Origin: Desulfatiglandales bacterium
Lineage (GTDB): Bacteria > Desulfobacterota > DSM-4660 > Desulfatiglandales > Desulfatiglandaceae
Reading direction: 5' to 3'
Length of the DNA: 64,000 bases
Assembly (NCBI GenBank): GCA_963666345.1
Contig: OY762721.1
Coordinates: forward strand, 3,616,001-3,680,000
The notes below the pieces were generated by a model, which saw only the letters and a list, made by a program, of their open reading frames with translations, made no database searches and was not told the DNA's origin. Position 1 is the first letter of the stretch. Every line of letters starts with the position of its first letter. The position numbers were made by a program, and so were the translations under genes. Positions 51,588-61,616 of this stretch are shown here, in pieces.

Positions 51588-52556
51588 ATGATCAATAGAA
51601 AAACTGAAAAGAAAATTCAGCAGGCAACTGTAATCGGTGCTGGAGTTATGGGGCATGGTATAGCTCAGTTCCTTGCCTATAATGGTTTGAAGGTAACATT
51701 AGTTGATAATAATGAGAAAAATTTAGAGCAGGCAAAAAAATGGATTGATGACAACTTAAAAGTAATGGTTGATCTCGGAGAGATCAAAGAAACCGAAATT
51801 TCAAGTTTGTTGTCTAGAATTGTTTTCGCTACAGAATTGAGTGAAAGCATAAAAGGTTCTAAATACGTTTTAGAAGCAATTACTGAAAATTTGGAAATAA
51901 AGAAAAAGATATGGAAAATAATGGGAGAATATTCAGATGGCGATGCCATTTTGGCTTCAAATACATCATCATATGATATAAATGAACTTGGCAAAGGGGT
52001 TCCCAATGAGGAACGGGTTATTGGCACACATTGGTTCCACCCCCCACCCATTACGCCTTGTGTCGAGGTCATTCCTTCCGAAAAGACAAATGATAGCACG
52101 ATTCACTTTGTAGTGGATTTTCTCAAGGATATAGGAAAAATTCCAACAAAATGCGAAAGCGCCCCAGGTTTTGTAGCTAATCGTCTCCAAATGGCACTAG
52201 CCGCAGAAGCAATCGCTTTGGTTGAAAATGGTCTTGCAACCCCAAATGAAGTAGATCAAATCGTAAAAACATCATTCGGCTTCCGTTTGAGTGCCTATGG
52301 CCCTTTTGAAATAATTGACCAAGCAGGAGCAGACACTTATCTAAGCATCTTTGAATATCTTTATGAAAAATTGGGGAAAAAGCACTTTAAACCTCCTCGC
52401 CTTTTAACTGATCAGGTTAAGGCTGGTTGCTTAGGACTTAAAGTTTCAAAGGGTTTTTATGACTATACAGAAGGGGCTGCCGATTCTGTTAGGCGCAACC
52501 GTGATCGTAAGCTGTATGCAAGGCTAAGACTCTTTAATAAAGAGGCCATAGATTGA
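51588..52556 (+). CDS. 3-hydroxyacyl-CoA dehydrogenase family protein
   Basis: IGAGVMGHGIA, EAITE, ASNTSS, GTHWFHP, PGFVANRLQ. Confidence 0.88.
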   Translation: MINRKTEKKIQQATVIGAGVMGHGIAQFLAYNGLKVTLVDNNEKNLEQAKKWIDDNLKVMVDLGEIKETEISSLLSRIVFATELSESIKGSKYVLEAITENLEIKKKIWKIMGEYSDGDAILASNTSSYDINELGKGVPNEERVIGTHWFHPPPITPCVEVIPSEKTNDSTIHFVVDFLKDIGKIPTKCESAPGFVANRLQMALAAEAIALVENGLATPNEVDQIVKTSFGFRLSAYGPFEIIDQAGADTYLSIFEYLYEKLGKKHFKPPRLLTDQVKAGCLGLKVSKGFYDYTEGAADSVRRNRDRKLYARLRLFNKEAID

Positions 52557-52891
52557 AACAAGCTCTCTCTTAATTGGTACCCGCTCATTCATTTGGATTG
52601 ATACTTTACTCCTATCATGGGAGGAATCAGGGGGAAATGAAATGCCTTTTCACCCTGATGATATTGGATGGCCTCTTCATTAAACTGTATGCTTTTTTCT
52701 CTTTTTGGTGTATTATGGGATTATTACGGCAGTGCTCTCCTTCCTGTGGCTCAATCGTTTTTTGTCAATTCAATTGATACCACATGGGGACACTGCCGTC
52801 CCTTTCAAAAAAAGCTAAACTTGATTATACGTTATCACCAGTTGGGTTTTTCCGCATTCTTTATCTATTCAATGTCAGGTGCCCGGCCTTC

Positions 52892-53842
52892 TCAGGCCCC
52901 CTTTACAGGCAGGGCCGGTTCCTCATTTACCGTGAGAGTGAATATGTCTGCCCTTGCGTAGTGGCCTGTTACGTCAAAATCGACCCTTGCCCTTACGACT
53001 TCGGCCATATCCAGTTCGGCATAGAGTATGCCATCCCTGTCATACAGGGGTCCTTCAATCACCTCCCCGAACGGGGATATGATAGCGCTTCCACCTCTGG
53101 TGATTATATCAGGCTGGTCTTTTAGTTCCTCAAGATTCCTTATCTCCTCAGGATACATATCCTTTGTCATGAACTGGTTACAGGAAAGCACAAAACAGCG
53201 GCTTTCGCACGCAATATGCCTCATGCTGGCGTGCCAGGAATCCCTTGAGTCGGCGGTGGGGGCAAGATATATGTCCAGTCCTTTGCCGTACATGGCCATT
53301 CTTGCAAGAGGCATGTAGTTTTCCCAGCATATGAGTCCGCCTACCCTTCCAAATGGGGTATCTATGACCGTCAGGGTGCTTCCGTCCCCCTCGCCCCATA
53401 TGAGTCTTTCGGAACCTGTGGGTTTGAGTTTCCTGTGTTTTCCGAGCAGTTCTCCATGGGGCCCGAAATAGACAAGGGTACAGTAAAGTGTCCCGCGGCT
53501 GAAGGTCGAATCGCGCTCAATGACCCCGATAGCAGCAAACACGCCTGCTTCCCTTGCCGCCTTTCCGATCAGCTCGGTCTGCCTGCCCGGTACGTCAACC
53601 GCTGTTTCCCAGTAACGCTGCCACACCTTTCTTCCTTCAGGACTCCTGCTTCCCACAACCATCCCGAAATTGAGTCCCCTCGGGTAGGCGGGTATGAGCG
53701 CCTCGGGAAAGAGTATGAATTTGGCCCCTTCAGATGCGGCCTCATGAATGAGTTCGCACACCCTATCCGTTATGGCGTCCCTGTCAAAGGGAACAGGAGC
53801 TGCCTGTACCACCGCGACCTTCACAGGAGATGGTGATGTCAT
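52892..53842 (-). CDS. nitrilase (carbon-nitrogen hydrolase)
   Basis: E-K-C triad in FPEA, HRKLKPT, LICWENYMP; FDVTGHYAR. Confidence 0.9.
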   Translation of the reverse strand: MTSPSPVKVAVVQAAPVPFDRDAITDRVCELIHEAASEGAKFILFPEALIPAYPRGLNFGMVVGSRSPEGRKVWQRYWETAVDVPGRQTELIGKAAREAGVFAAIGVIERDSTFSRGTLYCTLVYFGPHGELLGKHRKLKPTGSERLIWGEGDGSTLTVIDTPFGRVGGLICWENYMPLARMAMYGKGLDIYLAPTADSRDSWHASMRHIACESRCFVLSCNQFMTKDMYPEEIRNLEELKDQPDIITRGGSAIISPFGEVIEGPLYDRDGILYAELDMAEVVRARVDFDVTGHYARADIFTLTVNEEPALPVKGA

Positions 53843-53957
53843 ATTTTTTATTACCTCCTCGGCCCGGTCCTTAAGACCGGGATTTTTTTACTCAGTATCT
53901 CTTTAAAAAGATTTCGCATGACTTTTGCAGGGGCTTCAACTCTTTTGGGTTCTTCTC

Positions 53958-54359
53958 TCAATTAGTTGGGAGAAAGGGTCCAAGGGTTCCAGGATTCAAG
54001 AGTTTGGTTTCCAGGGATTTGATCATTGCTTTCAGCATTGTCTCGACATCCCCGATTTTCCCCCTTAATTCCTGAAGCCTCTGTTTTTTCAAATAACCCA
54101 AGTCACCTGATATCCTGGCCTGGGTTTCCAATTCACAGACTGAACCATATGCAATATAGAGAAATCTCACATACTCTATAGTCGTTTTTCTCCCATACCC
54201 TTAGGCGATATTCGATGGTATGGAAACAGCGGATCTTCTGATTCGGGAGGTCAAAGCGTACCGCTCATCTTTTGAAAAACGTTTTGTTTCCTTATAAATA
54301 TGAAAACAAAGCGTATACGATTTTTGCCGAATGTTTAACTCTTTATGATTTTTAAGCAT
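53958..54359 (-). pseudogene. four-helix-bundle protein (23S rRNA-IVP/Avd-like family) with a nonsense mutation
   Basis: MLKNHKEL..RRSAVSIPSNIA*GYGR..IAYGSVCELETQ; TAA at 54203-54201 replaces the conserved Glu; CCTTGA-type short repeats upstream (54364-54389). Confidence 0.85.
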
Positions 54360-54567
54360 TTCACTTGACCCCTTGACCCCTTGAATCCTATTTGATCACA
54401 ATTAATCAAATGATGTTCCCTGAAGCTTAACAGAGCAATCCTGGATTATCAAGACCGGTCGGAAAGAGATACCGATTTGGCATTTTTCCTTTTTGATGGT
54501 ACATTTATGTCTGATTTTTTTACAGGCTTACGGATCGATCCTTCATACTTCACATCAGGGGAGGACA

Positions 54568-55767
54568 ATGAACCGGATGAAGACCATAGCCGTGGTAGGC
54601 ACCTTTGACTCGAAGGGGGAGGAGCATCTCTTTTTAAAGGAGCGGATAGAGAAAAGAGGCTTTTCAGCCCTCACCATAAACGTGGGCACAAAAGGACCCG
54701 GGACCTTCAAGGCGGATATCGATCTGTTCATCCGGCTTGAAAAAGTGGACGGGCTTGACCATGAAAGCAGAGACAGAGCCATCGCAGCCATGCTTCAAAG
54801 GGCAAAGGAGCTTGTAAGACAACTCCATGAAAGAAAGGAAATCTGTGGAATAATCTCCGCCGGCGGGGGCACCGGCACGCATCTGGGCACCGGCATAATG
54901 AGGGCGGTTCCGATGGGTGTTCCCAAGGTAATGGTATCTACTGTGGCATCAAGGGATATGTCGAAGGTGGTGGGTACCAGGGATATCACCATGATGCACA
55001 GTGTGGCTGACCTTCTGGGGGTAAACAGCATATCAGGAGCCGTGCTTGACAGGGCCGCGGCCGCGGTCTGCGCAATGACGGGTAACGGCTGGAGTCCGGG
55101 GATTGAAAAGAAAAGGATCGCGCTCACGTTTTTCGGTTTTATCACTCCGGCGGCTGAAATGATAAAGGAGCGGCTTGAGCGGCTTGACTACGAGGTGATC
55201 GCCTTTCATGCCAACGGCACGGGCGGCATGGCAATGGAGGAGCTTGCGTCCGAAGGCTATTTCAGCGGCATTCTCGATCTTGGGACACATGAACTGGCCG
55301 ATGAACTGAAAGGGGGATACTGCTCCGGCATAGGGCCTGAAAGGCTTGTCCTCCCGCCGGGCATTGTTTTGCCGAGGCTCGTGGTTCCGGGGGGTCTTGA
55401 CTGCGCGGTCCTTGAGTTTACAAGAGAAAAGATCCCTGAAAAATACAGGGGCAGGAAGATATTTTTCTATGATTTCCGTTCGGCCGTCCGTTTGAATGAA
55501 AAGGAGAGTCTTTTCATTGCCGCGCAGCTTTCGGAAAAATTGAACAAGTCACCTGCCGGGACAAGGGTTCTTGTCCCCCTGGATGGATGGTCAGAGGCGG
55601 ACAGGCAGGGAGGTCCTCTTTACGACCCGGCATTGAGTGGGCTTTTCCTTGATAGATTGAAGCGGACCCTTGATCCTGAAATAGAGGTCATGGAGGTCGG
55701 GATGCATATTAATGATCCTGCGTTTGCGCGGCTTGCCGCCCGAATCATGCATAAGATGATCGGATGA
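54568..55767 (+). CDS. Tm-1-like ATP-binding domain protein (UPF0261)
   Basis: VGTFDSKGEE, GGGTGT, GVPKVMVSTVAS, FHANGTGG, HINDPAFA; GGAGG RBS before ATG 54568. Confidence 0.85.
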   Translation: MNRMKTIAVVGTFDSKGEEHLFLKERIEKRGFSALTINVGTKGPGTFKADIDLFIRLEKVDGLDHESRDRAIAAMLQRAKELVRQLHERKEICGIISAGGGTGTHLGTGIMRAVPMGVPKVMVSTVASRDMSKVVGTRDITMMHSVADLLGVNSISGAVLDRAAAAVCAMTGNGWSPGIEKKRIALTFFGFITPAAEMIKERLERLDYEVIAFHANGTGGMAMEELASEGYFSGILDLGTHELADELKGGYCSGIGPERLVLPPGIVLPRLVVPGGLDCAVLEFTREKIPEKYRGRKIFFYDFRSAVRLNEKESLFIAAQLSEKLNKSPAGTRVLVPLDGWSEADRQGGPLYDPALSGLFLDRLKRTLDPEIEVMEVGMHINDPAFARLAARIMHKMIG

Positions 55768-55786
55768 TCGAACGGCGGCAGGCGAG

Positions 55787-56308
55787 TCAGGCATCATGCG
55801 CTTTCCCCTTGGATTTTAAGCCCTGTTTGAAACTTTCCCAGAACTCCTTGTCATTGTCCTGCCACGCAGCCCCGAATCTTCTTTCAAAATAGGATGAAGG
55901 CAGTTTCTCCTGCCATTTTCCCCAGGGGTCTTCCCCCTTTTTCTTGGCCTCGATAATGTCATTTATAAAAGAGGCGATATCCGCGATCTCATCTTTCGGT
56001 ATATAGGAGTCTGCACCCTGTTTTATCGATTTTACCAGGTTGTCGGGCGTAAACGCATGGGCTGTGAGCATGACGGCCGTTGTGCCTTTACTGTTGCAGA
56101 TTTCAAGAAGTCGGTAACCGTTGACCCCCATGATATCAAGCACTGCTACGTCGAATTCCTCTTTTTCAAGCAGTTCCCGCGCCTCCTCAAACGTGGAGGC
56201 ACTGACCACGTCACACATGAATAAAAGTTCTTCCAGTACCTGCAGAATGTCAGGTTCATCATCGACTATCAAGACCCTTTTACCGTCAAGCAAAGCGGTT
56301 TCAGACAT
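55787..56308 (-). CDS. single receiver-domain response regulator (paralog of 7475-7966)
   Basis: VLIVDDEPD, VLDIMGV, MLTAHA, FGAAWQDNDKEFW tail. Confidence 0.85.
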   Translation of the reverse strand: MSETALLDGKRVLIVDDEPDILQVLEELLFMCDVVSASTFEEARELLEKEEFDVAVLDIMGVNGYRLLEICNSKGTTAVMLTAHAFTPDNLVKSIKQGADSYIPKDEIADIASFINDIIEAKKKGEDPWGKWQEKLPSSYFERRFGAAWQDNDKEFWESFKQGLKSKGKAHDA

Positions 56309-56453
56309 GAATTATCCTCCTTTTATAAAATGACGCCCGATCAGTAAACAGTCAAGCGGTCGACTCAAGAACCTATCACATGATCCGGGAATATTCCACT
56401 GAATAGATAAGCAGTCCCATGCCTGATCGTGGATGACGAACCTGTTGCCCGCC

Positions 56454-57401
56454 TTACCTCCTTCTTGCAAGTATCCTGTTCATGAGCGCCCCTATCCCCT
56501 GGGGCGTCATGTCTTTCGGGGTCAGCTTGAGGAGTATGTCCACAAATGCCCGGGCCGCCATTGAAAGATACTGCCCCTCCAAAAAGGCGATGCTCACGTC
56601 AAGAAATATCCTGCCTCCTTCAAGGGGCACGGTTGAAAGGCTTTTCCCCTTGAGCTCAAGGGCGACCGCCTCCTTTACCAGAAAGGAGATCCCTTCTCCC
56701 CTTTGAACCAGCTGTTTGATAAATTCCGTGTTGCTGGTATCCATGAGTATGTCGGGTGTGCAGCCGTTTCGAGTGAAAAGCTCGTTTACCAGCCTCCTAG
56801 TGCCTGATCCGGTCTCCTTCATGATGACCGGCTCTCTGGCCAGATCCCTTATGGAGACGGTCTTTTCTGCGGCCAGCGGGTGATCAGGTGCGAGTATCAC
56901 GACCAGCTCTTCCTCGCTGAAGGGAATGAAACGGACATCGGGGTTTTCCTCCGCCTTGGCGATGATGGCCACTTCGTTTTTGAAGTCCAGCAGGCTGTGA
57001 ATCATGTCAAGGGAGCTTCCCTCATCCAGGTAGATCCTAACCTGAGGGTAGGTTTCATGAAAACCGGTAAGAAGATAAGGCATGAAGTAGCGGGCATAGG
57101 TCTTTGTCGTTCCAAGCCTCAGGACTCCCCTTTTGAGTTCCTTCATCTCCTCTATCAGGTGCTCAAGGTCCCTTTCATAATCAAATACCTTTACGGCGTA
57201 TTCAAAAAGTGTCTTACCCTCGTCCGTAAGATATATGCTGCGGCCCTTTCTCTTAAAGAGCTTGAAGCTGCAGTGTTCTTCAAGGAGCCTTATCTGGGCG
57301 GTAACGGCCGGCTGGGTGATGTATAGACTTTTGGCTGCAAGGGTAAAACTGAGGTGCCTTGCTGTGTGGTAAAAGACCCTGAGTTGATTGAAATTGATCA
57401 T
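56454..57401 (-). CDS. LysR family transcriptional regulator
   Basis: NQLRVF..SFTLAAKSLYITQPAVTAQIR HTH; KETGSGTR. Confidence 0.93.
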   Translation of the reverse strand: MINFNQLRVFYHTARHLSFTLAAKSLYITQPAVTAQIRLLEEHCSFKLFKRKGRSIYLTDEGKTLFEYAVKVFDYERDLEHLIEEMKELKRGVLRLGTTKTYARYFMPYLLTGFHETYPQVRIYLDEGSSLDMIHSLLDFKNEVAIIAKAEENPDVRFIPFSEEELVVILAPDHPLAAEKTVSIRDLAREPVIMKETGSGTRRLVNELFTRNGCTPDILMDTSNTEFIKQLVQRGEGISFLVKEAVALELKGKSLSTVPLEGGRIFLDVSIAFLEGQYLSMAARAFVDILLKLTPKDMTPQGIGALMNRILARRR

Positions 57402-57425
57402 GTGCCTGTCCTTTAAAAATAAAGC

Positions 57426-57489
57426 CTAAGCAAAATTTATGGATCAGGGTGATGCATAAGTAAAATTTATGTATATCATAAATATTATG
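57426..57489. promoter_or_regulatory. LysR-type T-N11-A boxes in the divergent promoter
   Basis: CATAAGTAAAATTTATG (57455-57471), near copy CTAAGCAAAATTTATG (57426-57441), CATAAATATTATG (57477-57489). Confidence 0.6.
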
Positions 57490-57720
57490 AAGTTGACAGA
57501 CACTTTTCAGTAATAAATTATAAGACTTATTTCCATAACAAGAACCTGGTACCGATCCCTCCACCAGTCCTGAGACCTTATCAAAAAGGATTCCTCATTA
57601 AGCGAAAACGCAGGTCGCTTCCTGAAAGCCTTATCTGAACGTGTTTTTTCTGTCCTGACGTAACGGAATTCCCGGCTCTGTGGGCCTCAAAAAAACAGCA
57701 GTGCCTTAATGGAACGGGAA

Positions 57721-57797
57721 AAGTGAGCTGAAGTGACTAAAGTGACTAAAGTTGGAAGTGACTAAAGTGACTAAAGTTATGGAGTCGCTTCGCTCCG
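57721..57797 (+). repeat. AAGTGACTA-type short tandem repeats followed by a GGAG-TCGCTTCG-CTCC hairpin
   Basis: Directly visible; same unit as 40102-40140. Confidence 0.85.
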
Positions 57798-58087
57798 CTT
57801 TCTTAGAGGTTCCATAGCCCTTTGAATCTGGGTTTTTTAGGCATTGCAAAGTCCGGAAGAGCAGGGTGTTTATTTTTCCCGTCCAATTGCAGAATGCAGT
57901 TTTCCTTAAACGTAAGAACCGGAATCAAGAAAGATAAAAAGAAAAAAACAGGAAAGAGGAGCCCCTCCACCTGACCCCCCGGCCCCTCAAATCCCTGTCC
58001 CCTATTTAAGATTTATTTCCCCGGTTTGGGAGTGCATCGACGCTCCACGCAACCATTCCAACCAACAACATCACAGGAGGGGGAAAA

Positions 58088-59947
58088 ATGGCAGATCAAA
58101 AGGCAGGAAGATTTCCGGATCCTCACGATTTCAAGGTGCCTCCCGGCCTGGAGGGCTGGGAAGAGATGTATCCATCGCACTATCTTTTTTCAAAGGAGAG
58201 GGGGGAATGGGAAAAGCAGCAGTTCTGGTATCAGGACAAGATTCATGCCCCTGAACCGGTGCCCCCCCTGGACCTGATCTTCCAGGAGGCCTGGCAGATC
58301 TCCCTTTCACAGTACACCACAAGGGTGTTCTGCATCCCCCCTGCCCAGGGAATCGCCCAGAGGATGGTCGGGTGCTACATGTACATCTGTGCCATCGCGC
58401 CGCCGCCCGATAAGGTTATCGGAGAAAAGGCGGCCCATTTCGAAAAGCGCGTTTTCTACGTGTTCGAGCACTATGACGAACTGTGGGACAAGTGGCTCAA
58501 CAAATTCAAGGCCCTCGGCAACGAGATGTCCGCGGTTGAGATCCCGGAGCAGATGCCCAAATTCGTGCCTGAAGATCAGGTGCTTCCCGCGCCCAGGGGC
58601 TACTACATATCCTATGACGTGATGGAGGCATTCGACAGGCTCGTAAACATGATGTTCAAGGGATGGCAGTACCACTTCGAGATGCTTAACCTCACTTATC
58701 TTGCCTACCTCATGTTCGGCGACGTATCAAGAAAGCTCTTTCCGGGAATCAGCGAGAGTGCCATCGGCAAGATGGTGGCAGGCGCCTATGTGTCGATGTT
58801 CAGGCCGGAGGAGGAGCTGTGCAGACTCGCAAGGCTAGCCTCTTCATCCCGCGGCGTTGCGGATATTCTGAAGACCGATATGTCGGTAGGGCAGAAGGTC
58901 TCCAAGCTTAACAAGATAACCGACGGCAAACACTGGCTGGAGGAGTTTGAGAAATCAAAGGACCCCTGGTTCTACGTGTCCTGCGGAAGCGGGTGGCTGC
59001 ATCATGAGGGAAGCTGGATTACCAACCTTGAAATACCCTACAGCTATATAAAGGGCTATGTGGAAAGCCTTGAAAGGGGCGAGAAGATCGAGCGCTCCCT
59101 TGACCAGATAGACAAAGAAAGGGACCAGATAGTAGAAGAGTACCGCAAACTGATCAAAACCGATGAAGACCGAAAATCGTTTGACGACGCCTACAAGACC
59201 ATCCGGACCATATACCGGTACGCGGAGGATCATCTGTTCTGGGTGGAGCACTGGTTTCACACCATCTGGTATGAAAAGATAAGGAGATTCGGAAGCCTTC
59301 TCAAAGGAAACGGAATGCTCAACGAGGTGGACGATATATTCATGTTCACCCGCTATGAGATCCCGGAGATGCTGACCGAGCTTTCCACCGGCTGGGCCCT
59401 GGGAGTGGACATACCTTTAAGGGGCGATTTTTACAAGGCAAAGGCAAAAAAGAGGAGGAAGATCCTGGATGCTGCATCCGAATGGGCACCCACCCCCGCG
59501 CTCGGCGTACCACCCGAGGAGGTGGCGGAACCCTTCACGATCATGCTCTGGGGCGTGACGACCGATAAGGTAAAGGAATGGCTCAAGGGTGTGGAGGTCC
59601 CGAAAGGAACTGAGATCAGCGAGATAAAGGGATTTGCGGCTTCGGCAGGGGCCGCGGAAGGTCCGGCCAGGGTGCTCAAGCTCTTAAAGGAGATCGTCGA
59701 CATAAAACCGGGTGAGATTATCGTGTGCCCGTCGACCAATCCCTCGTGGGCGCCGGTGTTTACCAAGATCAAGGCGGCTGTCACGGACATCGGCGGGCTT
59801 ACAAGTCATGCGGCCATAGTCTGCCGGGAATACGGAGTACCATCGGTCACGGGAACGGGAGTGGCCACATCCGTGATTAAAACCGGAGACATAATCAGGG
59901 TCGACGGAGACACAGGGCTGGTAACCATAGTGAAGCGGGCGCAGTGA
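58088..59947 (+). CDS. ppsA: phenylphosphate synthase subunit A-like (PEP-utilising phospho-His subunit)
   Basis: FPDPHD..GLEGWEEMYP N-terminus, C-terminal TDIGGLTSHAAIVCREYG; adjacent to ppsB and ppcB homologs. Confidence 0.8.
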   Translation: MADQKAGRFPDPHDFKVPPGLEGWEEMYPSHYLFSKERGEWEKQQFWYQDKIHAPEPVPPLDLIFQEAWQISLSQYTTRVFCIPPAQGIAQRMVGCYMYICAIAPPPDKVIGEKAAHFEKRVFYVFEHYDELWDKWLNKFKALGNEMSAVEIPEQMPKFVPEDQVLPAPRGYYISYDVMEAFDRLVNMMFKGWQYHFEMLNLTYLAYLMFGDVSRKLFPGISESAIGKMVAGAYVSMFRPEEELCRLARLASSSRGVADILKTDMSVGQKVSKLNKITDGKHWLEEFEKSKDPWFYVSCGSGWLHHEGSWITNLEIPYSYIKGYVESLERGEKIERSLDQIDKERDQIVEEYRKLIKTDEDRKSFDDAYKTIRTIYRYAEDHLFWVEHWFHTIWYEKIRRFGSLLKGNGMLNEVDDIFMFTRYEIPEMLTELSTGWALGVDIPLRGDFYKAKAKKRRKILDAASEWAPTPALGVPPEEVAEPFTIMLWGVTTDKVKEWLKGVEVPKGTEISEIKGFAASAGAAEGPARVLKLLKEIVDIKPGEIIVCPSTNPSWAPVFTKIKAAVTDIGGLTSHAAIVCREYGVPSVTGTGVATSVIKTGDIIRVDGDTGLVTIVKRAQ

Positions 59948-59963
59948 TACGAATTTAACCGGA

Positions 59964-60018
59964 AAGCCCCTTTCCCATTCAGGTCACTTTTTCGCTTCCT
60001 GTCTGTTGAAAGGGGCTT
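59964..60018 (+). terminator. intergenic stem-loop
   Basis: AAGCCCCTTTC ... GAAAGGGGCTT 11-bp inverted repeat. Confidence 0.45.
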
Positions 60019-60035
60019 CTAGGTGAAAAGAGATC

Positions 60036-61106
60036 ATGGAACATATACTCGGTTTTGAAAGACTTGACAGGGGTTCCCTCGCCCTTGTGGGGGGAAAGAA
60101 CGCGAGCCTGGGTGAGATGATAAAAAGCGGGGTCCGCGTGCCTCCCGGTTTTGCCGTTACAACCGACAGTTATCTTGGTTTTATAACAAAGACCGGTATA
60201 AAGGAGAAGATCTATGAGGCCCTCGCAGGTCTTGATCCTGAGGATGTGGAATCGCTCGACCGGGCAAGCGGCAAGGCGCGCGGGCTTATCATGGATTCAT
60301 CCATGACAAGGGAGGGGAGGGATGCAATCGCAGGCGGTTATAAAACACTGTGCCGGGATTGCAATAAAGATTACCTGCCTGTGGCGGTCAGATCAAGCGC
60401 AACGGCCGAGGACCTCCCGACCGCCAGTTTCGCCGGCCAGCAGGATACATTCCTCTGGGTCCTTGGGGCGGATAAGGTCATAGGCAATGTCCAGGCCTGC
60501 TGGGCAAGCCTGTTTACCCCCCGTGCCGTCAGCTACAGGATTAGGAACAAGTTTTCCCATGAAAAGGTACTCATAAGCGTCGGTGTCCAGAAGATGGTCA
60601 ATTCGAGGAGCGCCGGTGTCATGTTTACCCTCAATCCGACCAACGGGGACCCTTCAAAGGTGGTCATAGAGGCAAGCTGGGGGCTGGGCGAGACGGTTGT
60701 TTCAGGTTCGGTTAATCCGGACAAGTTCGTGGTGGACAAGGTGATGCTGGAGATCAATGAAAGGGACATATCCAAAAAGCATATAGAATGCCTGTATGAC
60801 CCGGATGAAAAAAAGGTGGTCAACATCGAGGTGGAGCCGGAAAGACAGCAGAAATGCTGCCTGGAGGGCCGTGAGGTAAGGGAACTGGCCAGACTGGCAA
60901 AGGAAATAGAGGTCCATTACGGATGCCCCATGGACATCGAGTGGGCCATAGAAGAAGACGCGTCCTTTCCCGAGAACATATTTATCGTTCAGGCACGGCC
61001 CGAGACCGTCTGGAGCCGGAAGGAGTCAAAGCCCGTCATAGGGGCGAAGAGCGGCTATCAGCTTTTGATGGAAAAGGCGATGACAAGGATAAAGCTGAGG
61101 ACATGA
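60036..61106 (+). CDS. ppsB: phenylphosphate synthase subunit B-like (ATP-binding PEP synthase N-terminal domain)
   Basis: VGGKNASLGEM, VAVRSSATAED, SFAGQQDT, DIEWA, VQARPETVWS; stand-alone 356 aa. Confidence 0.8.
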   Translation: MEHILGFERLDRGSLALVGGKNASLGEMIKSGVRVPPGFAVTTDSYLGFITKTGIKEKIYEALAGLDPEDVESLDRASGKARGLIMDSSMTREGRDAIAGGYKTLCRDCNKDYLPVAVRSSATAEDLPTASFAGQQDTFLWVLGADKVIGNVQACWASLFTPRAVSYRIRNKFSHEKVLISVGVQKMVNSRSAGVMFTLNPTNGDPSKVVIEASWGLGETVVSGSVNPDKFVVDKVMLEINERDISKKHIECLYDPDEKKVVNIEVEPERQQKCCLEGREVRELARLAKEIEVHYGCPMDIEWAIEEDASFPENIFIVQARPETVWSRKESKPVIGAKSGYQLLMEKAMTRIKLRT

Positions 61107-61266
61107 ATGAGATAAAATCCCCTTGTCCGATTAAGCTGGAGAAGAACCTTTTCAATAATCCGGCATTCAGGGAAAACCAGGATAGAAGGATTTTGCATTT
61201 AAGGGTCATCTCCAAAAGAGTTGATTTAAATGAAGGAGTCTTTGCTCTTCTTATTCCTCGCTCAGT

Positions 61267-61293
61267 CCCACCCTTCGACAAGCTCAGGGCGGG
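61267..61293. repeat. REP-like palindrome CCCTTCGACAAGCTCAGGG
   Basis: Hairpin-forming motif that I recognise as a widespread bacterial intergenic repeat; one copy here. Confidence 0.55.
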
Positions 61294-61318
61294 TTCCCGG
61301 AAGGGGCCAAGGGTTCTA

Positions 61319-61578
61319 GGTATGGGAGGAAAACGAGTATAGAGTATGTGAGATTTCTCTATATTGCATATGGTTCAGTCTGTGAATCGGAAATTCGGGC
61401 CATGATATCAGCTGAATTGGGTTATTTGAAAGAAGTAAGGCTTCAGGAATTAAGGGGGAAAATCGGGGATGTCGAGACAATGCTCAAAGCGTTGATCAAA
61501 TCCCCGGAAAGAAAACCCTCGAATCCTTGACTCCTGGAACCCTTGGACCCTTTCTCCCAACTAATTGGGAGAAGAACC
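61319..61578 (+). pseudogene. 3' half of a four-helix-bundle gene cassette (inverted copy of 53948-54199)
   Basis: YVRFLYIAYGSVCE..QELRGKIGDVETMLKA and the shared tail ACCCTTGGACCCTTTCTCCCAACTAATTG. Confidence 0.85.
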
Positions 61579-61616
61579 GCATTTTTAACCGGCAGAAAGG
61601 GAGGTAAACAGGATCG

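Noticed and set aside
52574..52961. Small hydrophobic ORFs or a riboswitch at the island border
   Set aside because: No RBS or motif support and no riboswitch consensus
54201..54203. Recoded stop in the four-helix-bundle gene
   Set aside because: It is TAA replacing a conserved Glu codon; a simple nonsense mutation is more likely
40102..57797. CRISPR array
   Set aside because: The repeats are contiguous 9-mers without spacers, and there are no cas genes
57500..58087. Sigma54 promoter for the pps cluster
   Set aside because: No convincing TGGCAC-N5-TTGC match found
58088..61106. Split or pseudogenised PEP synthase
   Set aside because: Domain arrangement and the UbiD neighbour match phenylphosphate synthase A/B
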